In this document: one piece after another, positions 1 to 8,474 of the stretch
How positions within the stretch are numbered: the first letter of the stretch is position 1
Layout of the letters: each line of letters begins with the position of its first letter
Sequence record: OR424384.1
DNA length: 44,563 nucleotides
DNA from: Escherichia phage vB-Eco-KMB14
Strand: one strand, 5' to 3'
Position numbers and translations under genes: made by a program
Notes under the pieces: model-generated
Seen by the model: only the letters and a program-made list of their open reading frames with translations
Database searches by the model: none
What the model was told of the DNA's origin: nothing

Positions 1-94
1 GAGCGTTTGACAGGGTGGGCGTGGGTGGGCTATCTGTTCGTTTCGCCTAGCGGCTACACTCACTGGCTAACTTGCGCTACGTTCACTCGCTCAC

Positions 95-230
95 GTGTAC
101 CTTAGGTTGTTCCTTGATGGATAGCTTAGGTTAACCTTAGTGGACTACCTTAGTTAAAGCCTTAGTGCTTATCTTAGTAATAGCTTAGTAGTATACCTTA
201 GTAAGTCTTAGTGTCTTCTCTTAGTGATTG
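95..230. repeat. Array of about 10 short CTTAGT-type repeats (ccttagt/gcttagt/tcttagt) spaced 10-13 bp near the left genome end
   Basis: Direct reading: the motif recurs at about 100,124,137,149,160,172,183,196,205,217. Analogous to the CCTAAAG-type repeat arrays next to the terminal repeat in T7. Confidence 0.5.
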
Positions 231-421
231 CACATGCAAGCATGTAAGATGCCATTAGGTCGCGGTCGGTAGACCGCTAAAGAAAGAGAATAGTAATAAG
301 ATGCAGTAGGAGGAACACCGGAAACCTAGCCAACCTAGCCTATCCTAGCTCTGTATCTATTGCTTTTCCTTAGTCTCACATGTTAGACAACCTATCTTAT
401 TCTTAGTGATGATAACTTAGT

Positions 422-450
422 GTTGACAAGATAATCTTAGTGTAATACTA
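422..450 (+). promoter_or_regulatory. Candidate host sigma70 early promoter (TTGACA, 17 nt spacer, TACTAT)
   Basis: TTGACA at 422-427 and a -10-like hexamer at 445-450, upstream of the first early ORF; T7-like phages use host RNAP for early transcription. Confidence 0.3.
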
Positions 451-552
451 TGCATCACGTAGGCGGTGCTGAGGCACCTAGTAGCCAGCTAGTAAGGCAT
501 ACGAAGAGACTAGCGCTTACATTGCTCTTTAACAATTTGCTTAGTGTAACCT

Positions 553-774
553 ATGTATGCCGTGGTTAATTACTTATTGAATGAGGGATTAACTATGACA
601 TTAAACAACCGTGAACTATCCGTTCTCTTTACCCTGTTGTGCTACATGATTCGTAACAACGAATTGCTTACAGATGACGAGTTGGCACTGTATCGTCGCT
701 TTCTTAACGAAGGTTGGACAGATACAGTTAATCAATACCGTAACATGATAGATGAGTTGAGGGAGGGTAAATAA
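553..774 (+). CDS. Hypothetical early protein (73 aa; alternative start at 595 with GAGGG Shine-Dalgarno gives 59 aa)
   Basis: ORF in the early region; the internal ATG at 595 is preceded by tgagggatt. Confidence 0.5.
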   Translation: MYAVVNYLLNEGLTMTLNNRELSVLFTLLCYMIRNNELLTDDELALYRRFLNEGWTDTVNQYRNMIDELREGK

Positions 775-998
775 TGTATCAACATGAGGTGTTCTTTGAA
801 TCAGCTAGCGAAGCTATTCGCTTCCGTGATGATATGATGCAAGCTGGTGTAGGCGTTGATGTGTATCACTATTTGATAGATTACGACACTGAATATCACC
901 GAGTTACCTTAGTATCTGAGTATGACAACCAAGTCATTACTGAGTATCTAGGTAGTGAAGATTATGATTACGATGAAGTAATCACGACAAATCTCTAA
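774..998 (+). CDS. Hypothetical early protein (74 aa)
   Basis: ORF with strong RBS ggaggg 8 nt upstream; start overlaps the previous stop (taATG). Confidence 0.55.
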   Translation: MYQHEVFFESASEAIRFRDDMMQAGVGVDVYHYLIDYDTEYHRVTLVSEYDNQVITEYLGSEDYDYDEVITTNL

Positions 999-1006
999 AT
1001 TAACTG

Positions 1007-1035
1007 TTGACAGCCACGGCATACAAGGTTACATT
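1007..1035 (+). promoter_or_regulatory. Candidate host sigma70 promoter (TTGACA, 17 nt spacer, TACATT)
   Basis: TTGACA at 1007-1012 and TACATT at 1030-1035, in an intergenic region. Confidence 0.3.
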
Positions 1036-1127
1036 AAGCATCAAGACGGCGACGTCTTTAAACATCCCGCTCTTTAACAATACGGTTTGTGTCTTGATAG
1101 GCTAACTAACTAACTAAGGTAATTATC

Positions 1128-1238
1128 ATGAAAGGTTTAATTTGTGTAGAACGTATGGTCAATGGTAAACTTGAAATATTACCACTGGAAAACCAATCTA
1201 GCTTCAAAGAGTGGTATGGCTGTTTCTCACTGATTTAA
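1128..1238 (+). CDS. Small hypothetical early protein (36 aa), not in the ORF track
   Basis: ATG at 1128 preceded by the ctaactaactaactaagg leader; translates MKGLICVERMVNGKLEILPLENQSSFKEWYGCFSLI. Confidence 0.35.
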   Translation: MKGLICVERMVNGKLEILPLENQSSFKEWYGCFSLI

Positions 1239-1388
1239 GGTAAAGGCTGGCACTAGTCAGCCTATCAAGGCGCAAACCAAGCTCTTTAACAATTTGGATA
1301 AAGCTTCTTAGTCTGGATAGGTTAAACCTAGGAGATTCTCTTGAGTCTCCTATAATGTAACCTAACTAACTAAATGAGGATTAATAAC

Positions 1389-1745
1389 ATGGCTATGTCT
1401 AATATGACTTACTCTCAGGTTTACAACACCGCTCATGCTGCATTAGTTGAACGTATCTGGAATGATGACATTGATTGTATCGATAACGCACATGATGCAA
1501 TCCATGAGGTAGCGGACAGTGCTGTACCAATCTATTATGCTGACATCTTCTCAGTGATGGCGAGTGAAGGTATTGATCACTTCTTCGAAGACTCCGGCCT
1601 GATGCCAGATACTAAGGATGTAACTGTCGTACTACAAGCCCGTATTTATGAACAACTAACCATTGATTTATGGGAACGTGTTCAAGATATGATTGTTGCG
1701 TACACCAATTACGCTGAGGATTCAGAAGAAGAAGAGGAAGAATAA
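1389..1745 (+). CDS. ocr: Ocr-like anti-restriction DNA-mimic protein (T7 gp0.3 homolog), 118 aa, poly-Glu C-terminus
   Basis: Translation MAMSNMTY...DAIH...[32 protein letters not shown]...[15 protein letters not shown] matches T7 Ocr nearly block for block. ATG at 1389 follows RBS gagg; the ORF-track start at 1374 is an N-terminal extension. Confidence 0.9.
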   Translation: MAMSNMTYSQVYNTAHAALVERIWNDDIDCIDNAHDAIHEVADSAVPIYYADIFSVMASEGIDHFFEDSGLMPDTKDVTVVLQARIYEQLTIDLWERVQDMIVAYTNYAEDSEEEEEE

Positions 1746-1746
1746 G

Positions 1747-1860
1747 ATGGAAAAGCTATACAACTTCATCTTTTCAGACGGTGTAACCCTGAAGTGTTCC
1801 CTGCGTTTCGCACAAATTCGTGAGGAAGTACTAGGCACTACATACAAACTATTTAGCTGA
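1747..1860 (+). CDS. Small hypothetical protein (37 aa)
   Basis: ATG 2 nt after the ocr stop, with AGGAAG upstream; in the position of T7 gene 0.4 but with no recognisable similarity. Confidence 0.3.
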   Translation: MEKLYNFIFSDGVTLKCSLRFAQIREEVLGTTYKLFS

Positions 1861-1871
1861 CACTATAAGAG
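1851..1871 (+). promoter_or_regulatory. Phage-RNAP promoter-like variant (ATTTAGCTGACACTATAAGAG)
   Basis: Matches the genome promoter consensus except around +1 (TATAAG instead of TATAGAAG). Confidence 0.3.
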
Positions 1872-1936
1872 AAGGCTTAACAAGGCGTTGCTACGGTAGC
1901 GCCTGATTAAACTTTCACTTACTAGGAGTTGAGATT

Positions 1937-2122
1937 ATGAAAACCTTGATTGGATGCTTCTTGTTGGCTTCTCTTGCTCTGGCATTTACCGCTAAAGCTG
2001 GTTATGACGCTTATAAAGTAGAACAAGCCCAGCAAGACTGGGCCAAAAAGTTCAACTTGTGCAGCAAGAGCAACACCTACGAGTACTGCAACAAAACACT
2101 AAGACACTTATGGAAAGAGTAA
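1937..2122 (+). CDS. Small secreted early protein with N-terminal signal peptide (61 aa)
   Basis: RBS aggag; N-terminus MKTLIGCFLLASLALAFTAKA is a typical Sec signal with an AKA cleavage motif; the mature part has two Cys. Confidence 0.6.
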   Translation: MKTLIGCFLLASLALAFTAKAGYDAYKVEQAQQDWAKKFNLCSKSNTYEYCNKTLRHLWKE

Positions 2123-2185
2123 CTAGCCTATAGCCTACCTGAGTGGGCTATGTGATATTTACTTACACTATATAAGGTGACTATT

Positions 2186-3109
2186 ATGACTACTGAAAAC
2201 ATCCTCCTGTCTGTCCGTGAAGCTGCAACCGCTGAGATTAAGCAGCACTTAGACAATATCGGCACTTCTTACATCAAAGTTGGCGCTTGTCTGAATGAAT
2301 TACGCGGTGATTTCGAAGGTCAAAAAGACTTTTTAGCTTATGTAGAATCAGAGTTCGGCATCAAGAAGGCACAATGCTACAAGCTGATGAGTGTAGCCCG
2401 TGTCTTTGAAGGAGACGAACGCTTTAAAGGTGTGGCTATGCGTGTAATGCTGGCGCTTGTTCCTTTCGCTGATGAAAATATAATCATGGAGAAGGCCGCA
2501 GAACTCGCCGCAGCTGGCAAGCTGGACACTAATGCCGTAAATGCCCTGATTGATCCTAAGAAAGAGACAAAGGCCGAGACGGTACAATCTAAGGCTGAGA
2601 CAGTAAAACCGCAGGAGAACGCGACTGAGGCCGCAGAAACTATGCAAGGACATGCAACCTTTGAGGATTTCATCTTAGAGAAGGCGAAGGAGGAGTTACA
2701 AAGTGTGCCGCCAGTAAGTGAGTCGGGTAACGACGAATCCGCACCGTGGGAAGATGAAAGCAAGCCGGAAGGCACAAAGGCAGCACCGCTGGATAACACG
2801 GCTAATACCGAAAACGCCGCTATTGCTGGTCTGCTGGCACAAATTAAAGCACTGACCGAGCAATTACAGGCAGCTAATGACCGCATTGCCTCCTTAAGCA
2901 GCGCACGCGAAAGCAAGAAAGCAGCCGCGCCTATGCTGCCGCAATTCAAATCTTCCTGCTTCTATGCTCGCTTAGGTTTAAGCGCTGAGGAGGCAACGAA
3001 GAAAACAGCAGTTAACAAGGCACGCCGCGAACTGGTTAAGCTAGGCTACGGCGAAGGCCATGAAGCATGGCCCTTAATCTCTGAGGCAGTAGAAGAATTA
3101 ACTAAGTAA
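2186..3109 (+). CDS. Hypothetical early protein (307 aa), unknown function, acidic/Ala-rich central region
   Basis: Long ORF immediately upstream of the RNAP gene. ATG at 2186 follows aagg; the ORF-track start at 2177 is GTG. Confidence 0.7.
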   Translation: MTTENILLSVREAATAEIKQHLDNIGTSYIKVGACLNELRGDFEGQKDFLAYVESEFGIKKAQCYKLMSVARVFEGDERFKGVAMRVMLALVPFADENIIMEKAAELAAAGKLDTNAVNALIDPKKETKAETVQSKAETVKPQENATEAAETMQGHATFEDFILEKAKEELQSVPPVSESGNDESAPWEDESKPEGTKAAPLDNTANTENAAIAGLLAQIKALTEQLQAANDRIASLSSARESKKAAAPMLPQFKSSCFYARLGLSAEEATKKTAVNKARRELVKLGYGEGHEAWPLISEAVEELTK

Positions 3110-3172
3110 CCTTATCGGTGGCATCTTCTTAGGTGTCACCTATTAAGGTTTCTTTCACTAGGAGTAAACAAG

Positions 3173-5800
3173 ATGCAAGACCTACACGCTATTCAACTTC
3201 AACTTGAAGAAGAAATGTTTAACGGAGGTATCCGTCGCTTTGAAGCGGACCAACAACGCCAGATTGCATCCGGTAATGAATCCGACACGGCATGGAATCG
3301 CCGCTTATTGTCTGAGTTAATCGCGCCAATGGCTGAAGGCATTCAGGCATACAAGGAAGAGTATGAAGGTAAAAGAGGCCGTGCACCGCGTGCATTAGCT
3401 TTCATTAACTGCGTAGAAAACGAAGTGGCAGCATATATCACGATGAAAATCGTTATGGATATGCTGAACACGGATGTAACCTTGCAGGCTATAGCCATGA
3501 ATGTAGCTGACCGCATTGAGGACCAAGTACGTTTTAGCAAGCTGGAAGGTCACGCCGCCAAATACTTTGAGAAAGTTAAGAAGTCACTTAAGGCAAGTAA
3601 GACTAAATCATATCGCCATGCGCACAACGTAGCGGTCGTGGCTGAGAAGTCAGTAGCTGACCGTGACGCTGATTTCTCTCGCTGGGAGGCGTGGCCTAAA
3701 GATACCTTGCTACAAATCGGTATGACCTTGCTAGAAATACTGGAAAATAGTGTATTCTTCAATGGTCAGCCTGTCTTTCTTCGCACCTTGCGCACTAATG
3801 GTGGCAAGCATGGCGTTTACTACTTACAGACTAGCGAACACGTGGGTGAATGGATAACTGCATTTAAAGAGCACGTAGCTCAGCTGAGTCCAGCCTATGC
3901 GCCTTGCGTTATTCCTCCTCGTCCGTGGGTTTCTCCGTTTAATGGTGGCTTCCATACCGAGAAAGTGGCGAGTCGTATTCGTCTGGTTAAAGGAAACCGC
4001 GAGCACGTCCGCAAGCTGACCAAAAAGCAAATGCCAGCGGTTTACAAGGCTGTTAACGCTTTGCAGGCGACTAAGTGGCAGGTTAATAAAGAGGTTTTGC
4101 AGGTAGTAGAGGACGTTATCCGTCTCGACCTTGGTTATGGTGTGCCTTCCTTTAAACCGCTCATCGACCGTGAGAACAAGCCAGCTAATCCAGTGCCGTT
4201 AGAGTTCCAGCACCTGCGAGGCCGTGAACTTAAAGAGATGCTAACGCCGGAACAATGGCAAGCCTTCATCAACTGGAAAGGCGAATGTACCAAGCTGTAT
4301 ACCGCTGAAACTAAGCGCGGCAGCAAGTCGGCGGCAACCGTTCGTATGGTCGGGCAGGCCCGTAAATACAGCCAGTTTGACGCAATATACTTCGTGTATG
4401 CACTGGATAGCCGCTCACGCGTTTATGCGCAATCTAGCACACTCTCACCGCAATCAAATGACTTAGGCAAGGCTTTACTACGCTTTACCGAAGGGCAGAC
4501 CATAAACAGCACTGAGGCGCTTAAGTGGTTTTTGGTGAACGGGGCAAATAACTGGGGCTGGGATAAGAAAACTTTTGACGTGCGTACCGCTAACGTGCTG
4601 GATGGCGAATTTCAAGACATGTGCCGCGACATTGCAGCCGACCCGCTGACCTTCACTCAATGGGTAAATGCTGATTCCCCTTATGGCTTCCTTGCATGGT
4701 GCTTTGAATATGCGCGTTATCTGGATGCACTGGACGAAGGAACGCAAGACCAATTCATGACGCACCTACCCGTCCATCAAGATGGTAGTTGCTCTGGTAT
4801 CCAGCACTATAGCGCGATGTTACGCGATGAGGTAGGTGCGAAAGCAGTAAACCTTAAGCCTTCTGACTCCCCTCAAGATATTTATGGCGCGGTTGCGCAG
4901 GTTGTTATCCAGAAGAATTACGCCTACATGAATGCAGACGATGCAGTGACTTTCACATCCGGAAGCGTCACACTTACAGGTGCAGAACTGCGTAGCATGG
5001 CTAGTGCGTGGGATATGATAGGAATCACTCGCGGCCTGACCAAAAAGCCCGTAATGACACTACCTTATGGCAGCACACGTCTAACCTGCCGTGAGTCAGT
5101 GATTGATTATATCGTTGATTTAGAAGAAAAAGAGGCCCAACGAGCTATTGCGGAAGGGCGTACCGCCAATCCTGTACATCCTTTTGATAATGACCGTAAG
5201 GACAGCCTGACACCTGGCGCAGCTTATAACTATATGACAGCTTTAATCTGGCCTTCTATTTCGGAAGTGGTTAAAGCTCCTATAGTGGCAATGAAAATGA
5301 TTCGTCAGCTTGCCCGTTTCGCAGCTAAAAGGAATGAAGGCTTAGAGTATACCTTGCCTACTGGCTTCATCTTGCAACAAAAGATTATGGCTACTGATAT
5401 GCTCCGCGTATCCACTTGCCTGATGGGAGAAATCAAGATGAGTCTACAGATTGAAACGGACGTAGTGGATGAAACGGCTATGATGGGCGCTGCTGCTCCT
5501 AACTTTGTGCATGGTCATGATGCCAGTCACCTTATCTTAACAGTCTGCGACCTTGTTGATAAAGGGATTACATCTATCGCAGTCATTCATGATTCTTTCG
5601 GTACTCACGCAGGCCGTACAGCCGATCTTCGTGATAGCTTAAGGGCAGAAATGGTGAAGATGTATCAAGGCCGTAATGCCCTGCAAAGCCTGTTAGATGA
5701 GCATGAAGAACGCTGGTTAGTAGACACCGGAATCCAAGTGCCAGAGCAAGGAGAGTTTGACCTTAACGAAATCTTAGTATCTGACTATTGCTTCGCATAA
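3173..5800 (+). CDS. T7-like single-subunit DNA-dependent RNA polymerase (875 aa)
   Basis: Size and motifs typical of T7 RNAP (HDSFGT motif C, PYGS region, C-terminal ...FA); RBS ctaggag. Confidence 0.95.
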   Translation: MQDLHAIQLQLEEEMFNGGIRRFEADQQRQIASGNESDTAWNRRLLSELIAPMAEGIQAYKEEYEGKRGRAPRALAFINCVENEVAAYITMKIVMDMLNTDVTLQAIAMNVADRIEDQVRFSKLEGHAAKYFEKVKKSLKASKTKSYRHAHNVAVVAEKSVADRDADFSRWEAWPKDTLLQIGMTLLEILENSVFFNGQPVFLRTLRTNGGKHGVYYLQTSEHVGEWITAFKEHVAQLSPAYAPCVIPPRPWVSPFNGGFHTEKVASRIRLVKGNREHVRKLTKKQMPAVYKAVNALQATKWQVNKEVLQVVEDVIRLDLGYGVPSFKPLIDRENKPANPVPLEFQHLRGRELKEMLTPEQWQAFINWKGECTKLYTAETKRGSKSAATVRMVGQARKYSQFDAIYFVYALDSRSRVYAQSSTLSPQSNDLGKALLRFTEGQTINSTEALKWFLVNGANNWGWDKKTFDVRTANVLDGEFQDMCRDIAADPLTFTQWVNADSPYGFLAWCFEYARYLDALDEGTQDQFMTHLPVHQDGSCSGIQHYSAMLRDEVGAKAVNLKPSDSPQDIYGAVAQVVIQKNYAYMNADDAVTFTSGSVTLTGAELRSMASAWDMIGITRGLTKKPVMTLPYGSTRLTCRESVIDYIVDLEEKEAQRAIAEGRTANPVHPFDNDRKDSLTPGAAYNYMTALIWPSISEVVKAPIVAMKMIRQLARFAAKRNEGLEYTLPTGFILQQKIMATDMLRVSTCLMGEIKMSLQIETDVVDETAMMGAAAPNFVHGHDASHLILTVCDLVDKGITSIAVIHDSFGTHAGRTADLRDSLRAEMVKMYQGRNALQSLLDEHEERWLVDTGIQVPEQGEFDLNEILVSDYCFA

Positions 5801-5808
5801 TATTAATA

Positions 5809-5839
5809 GGCCATTCCTTCGGGAGTGGCCTTTTCTTTT
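5809..5839 (+). terminator. Rho-independent terminator after the RNAP gene (9-bp stem, UUCG tetraloop, T-run)
   Basis: ggccattcc-ttcg-ggagtggcc followed by ttttctttt. Confidence 0.55.
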
Positions 5840-5891
5840 ACCTACTACCGGTAACATTTCATTAACATAAAGTGTCTCACATGTGAGACTT

Positions 5892-5911
5892 ATTTACCGG
5901 ACACTATAGGA
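5892..5911 (+). promoter_or_regulatory. Phage-RNAP promoter (ATTTACCGGACACTATAGGA)
   Basis: Consensus match; first of a twin pair downstream of the RNAP gene. Confidence 0.5.
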
Positions 5912-6072
5912 TAGCCGTCGGAGACGGGAAAGAAAGGGAAGATAAAGGATATAAAGGAAGTAATAGGTATTAAAGGTTATATAGGTTATCTAGGAATACC
6001 TATTACCTTCTTCTTTCCTCTTATTACCACTTAGAGGAAGGGCAGAGCTAGGTTGTCTCACATGTGAGACTT

Positions 6073-6093
6073 ATTTACCGGACAGTATAGATA
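6073..6093 (+). promoter_or_regulatory. Phage-RNAP promoter variant (ATTTACCGGACAGTATAGATA)
   Basis: One substitution in the conserved core (CAGTATAG); second of the twin pair. Confidence 0.35.
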
Positions 6094-6120
6094 AGACTAA
6101 CTTACTTTGGAGATTTAACC

Positions 6121-6249
6121 ATGCGTAACTTTGAGAAGATGACCCGTAAAGCTAACCGTTTTGACATGGAAGAAGGGCAGAAGAAAGGCAAGAAGCTGAA
6201 TAAACCTGTCCGTGACCGTGCATCTAAACGCGCTGCGTGGGAGTTCTAA
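6121..6249 (+). CDS. gp1.1-like small basic protein (42 aa), not in the ORF track
   Basis: Translation MRNFEKMTRKANRFDMEEGQKKGKKLNKPVRDRASKRAAWEF resembles T7 gene 1.1 in sequence, length and position; RBS ggag. Confidence 0.7.
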   Translation: MRNFEKMTRKANRFDMEEGQKKGKKLNKPVRDRASKRAAWEF

Positions 6250-6252
6250 GTT

Positions 6253-8241
6253 ATGGCTATTATTCAGAATGTACCGTGTCCTGCTTGCCAAAAGAACGGA
6301 CATGATATTACTGGCAATCATTTAATGATCTTTGACGACGGGGCAGGGTACTGTAACCGTGGTCACTTCCATGATAACGGTAAACCTTATTACCACAAGC
6401 CGGAAGGTGGCATCGAGATAACCGAGTTACCTATTACTGGCAATATCAAATATACACCTTCTCAATTCAAAGAAATGGAGAAGGAAGGGAAGATAAGCGA
6501 CCCTAAGCTACGCGCCATCGCACTTGGTGGTATGCGTATGAAAGACCGTTGGGAGGTTATGAATGAGCAAGAAAGGGCAGACCAAGAAGCAGAGTGGAAA
6601 CTTGATGTTGAATGGTTTCTCACGCTTAAGCGTAAGAACCTTGTATCCCGTCACATTCGAGGTGACATCGCAGCAATGTACGATGTGCGCGTTGGACACG
6701 ATGAAGAGGGAAGAGTCAACCGTCACTATTATCCACGATATGAAAAGGGTGTGTTTGTTGGAGCAAAATGCCGGACGTTGCCGAAGGATTTTAAGTTCGG
6801 ACACCTAGGTAAACTCTTTGGTATGCAAGACCTTTTCGGTATGAACACTTTGTCTCACGTGTTAGACAAGGGGAGACGAAAGGATTGCTTGCTTATTGTA
6901 GGCGGTGAACTTGATGCACTAGCAGCGCAGCAGATGCTCCTTGATTCTGCCAAAGGTACTAAGTGGGAAGGTCAGCCATACCATGTATGGTCTGTCAATA
7001 AAGGTGAGTCTTGCCTTGAAGAGATAGTGCAAAACCGTGAGCACATAGCCCAATTCAAGAAGATTATATGGGGCTTTGATGGCGACGAGGTGGGGCAGAA
7101 GCAGAACCAACAAGCTGCTCGCCTGTTTCCTGGCAAATCCTACATCCTCGAATATCCATCTGGTTGCAAAGATGCTAACAAGGCATTGATGGCTGGCAAG
7201 GCTAAAGAGTTTGTAGATGCATGGTTTAATGCCAAGTCATCTGATGAAGTCTTTGGTAGCCAGATTAAATCTATCGCATCTCAAAGGGATAAGCTCAAGG
7301 CTGCACGTCCAGAGCAAGGACTATCATGGCCTTGGCCTAAGCTGAACAAGGTAACGCTAGGTATTCGTAAGAACCAACTTATCATTGTAGGCGCAGGCTC
7401 TGGTGTAGGTAAGACTGAGTTCCTTCGTGAAGTAGTTAAGCACCTCATTGAAGAACACGGTGAATCTGTAGGCATCATTTCTACAGAAGACCCGATGGTC
7501 AAGGTGTCCCGTGCTTTTATCGGCAAGTGGATTGATAAGCGTATTGAGTTACCGCCAACCAACGACCCGAAAGAAGATGGATACCGTGAGGTGTTCGACT
7601 ACACCGAGGAAGAGGCTAACGCCGCCATTGATTATGTAGCTGATACAGGTAAGCTGTTTGTAGCTGACCTAGAGGGTGACTATTCGATGGAAAAGGTAGA
7701 GCAAACTTGCCTAGAGTTTGAGGCTATGGGCATTTCTAATATCATCATTGATAACTTAACGGGGATTAAATTAGATGAGCGTGCTTTTGGTGGGAAGGTT
7801 GGTGCACTTGATGAATGCGTCAAGCGGATTGGTACTATCAAAGACCGACACCCGGTTACTATATTCCTTGTATCACACCTTACACGTCCTCCGGCAAACC
7901 GTACCCAACACGAAGAAGGTGGCGAGGTTATCCTTTCTGACTTCCGAGGTTCAGGCGCTATCGGATTCTGGGCATCTTACGCCTTGGGGATTGAGCGTAA
8001 TACAAGAGCTGAAACGCTTGATGAACGGACTACCACGTACATCTCATGTGTCAAAGACCGCGACCAAGGTATCTACACTGGAACCAAGGTCATGCTTAAG
8101 GGTGACATTCAAACCGGACGTTTAATGGAACCACAAGCCCGTACTAAGTCATTTGATACAGGTGAAGCAAGGCAACAAGAAGTGCCGGATTTACCGGACA
8201 CTATAGAAGAGACAACTTTTGACGATGAACAGGAGTTTTAA
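6253..8241 (+). CDS. DNA primase/helicase (T7 gp4-like, 662 aa) with acidic C-terminal tail ending in Phe
   Basis: N-terminal Cys4 zinc ribbon (CPACQ...CNRGH), Walker A GAGSGVGKT, C-terminus ...TTFDDEQEF. Confidence 0.95.
   Translation: MAIIQNVPCPACQKNGHDITGNHLMIFDDGAGYCNRGHFHDNGKPYYHKPEGGIEITELPITGNIKYTPSQFKEMEKEGKISDPKLRAIALGGMRMKDRWEVMNEQERADQEAEWKLDVEWFLTLKRKNLVSRHIRGDIAAMYDVRVGHDEEGRVNRHYYPRYEKGVFVGAKCRTLPKDFKFGHLGKLFGMQDLFGMNTLSHVLDKGRRKDCLLIVGGELDALAAQQMLLDSAKGTKWEGQPYHVWSVNKGESCLEEIVQNREHIAQFKKIIWGFDGDEVGQKQNQQAARLFPGKSYILEYPSGCKDANKALMAGKAKEFVDAWFNAKSSDEVFGSQIKSIASQRDKLKAARPEQGLSWPWPKLNKVTLGIRKNQLIIVGAGSGVGKTEFLREVVKHLIEEHGESVGIISTEDPMVKVSRAFIGKWIDKRIELPPTNDPKEDGYREVFDYTEEEANAAIDYVADTGKLFVADLEGDYSMEKVEQTCLEFEAMGISNIIIDNLTGIKLDERAFGGKVGALDECVKRIGTIKDRHPVTIFLVSHLTRPPANRTQHEEGGEVILSDFRGSGAIGFWASYALGIERNTRAETLDERTTTYISCVKDRDQGIYTGTKVMLKGDIQTGRLMEPQARTKSFDTGEARQQEVPDLPDTIEETTFDDEQEF
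8189..8209 (+). promoter_or_regulatory. Phage-RNAP promoter embedded in the 3' end of the primase/helicase gene
   Basis: ATTTACCGGACACTATAGAAG consensus match. Confidence 0.5.
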
Positions 8242-8402
8242 TGGAAATTATTAAACCAGTATTGAATATCGGTATTGAGATCCTATTCATGCTTGTGATC
8301 GCAGATTATGCTGCACGATATGGCTTCAAGAAAGCAGTGAAACTTATCGTTGCATCTGGTTTTATGATGTCAATGTTCTTTATTGTAACACGCCTTATCT
8401 AG
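8241..8402 (+). CDS. Small hydrophobic membrane protein (53 aa), not in the ORF track
   Basis: ATG overlaps the primase stop; RBS aggag; translation MEIIKPVLNIGIEILFMLVIADYAARYGFKKAVKLIVASGFMMSMFFIVTRLI. Confidence 0.45.
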   Translation: MEIIKPVLNIGIEILFMLVIADYAARYGFKKAVKLIVASGFMMSMFFIVTRLI

Positions 8403-8415
8403 TGTATTTATCAGG

Positions 8416-8446
8416 GCTTGTCTCACATGTGAGACAGGCTCTTATT
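8416..8446 (+). terminator. Conserved palindrome hairpin (GTCTCACATGTGAGAC core) followed by a T-rich tract
   Basis: gcttgtctcacatgtgagacaggc then tcttatt; one of seven copies of the same palindrome. Confidence 0.45.
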
Positions 8447-8474
8447 AAGTACATTAAATAACTGGAGATTGATT

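Larger units (their letters stand above)
5874..6096 (+). other. Origin-like region: two near-identical palindrome+promoter units flanking a purine-rich/pyrimidine-rich imperfect palindrome
   Basis: GTCTCACATGTGAGAC + TTATTTACCGGACA(C/G)TATAG at 5874-5911 and 6055-6093. Between them are an A/G-rich run (5929-5961), the inverted repeat gtaataggtat/atacctattac, and a C/T-rich run (6005-6027). Matches the position of the T7 primary origin (phi1.1A/phi1.1B) between gene 1 and gene 1.1. Confidence 0.4.

Noticed and set aside
95-230. Possible CRISPR array, given the regularly spaced short repeats
   Set aside because: The repeat unit is about 7 bp with 3-6 bp between copies, far too short for CRISPR repeats and spacers. 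It matches the T7-style terminal heptamer array instead.
2161-2185. Promoter-like sequence ATTTACTTACACTATATAAGG upstream of the 2186 gene
   Set aside because: It needs a 1-nt deletion relative to the consensus and has a changed +1 region, so it is too divergent to call. It could be a decayed promoter.
5874-5889. The conserved palindrome as paired BsmAI-type (GTCTC) restriction sites with a PmlI-like core
   Set aside because: The overlap with restriction enzyme recognition sequences looks coincidental; consistent intergenic placement with T-rich tails points to a transcript-level or protein-binding role.
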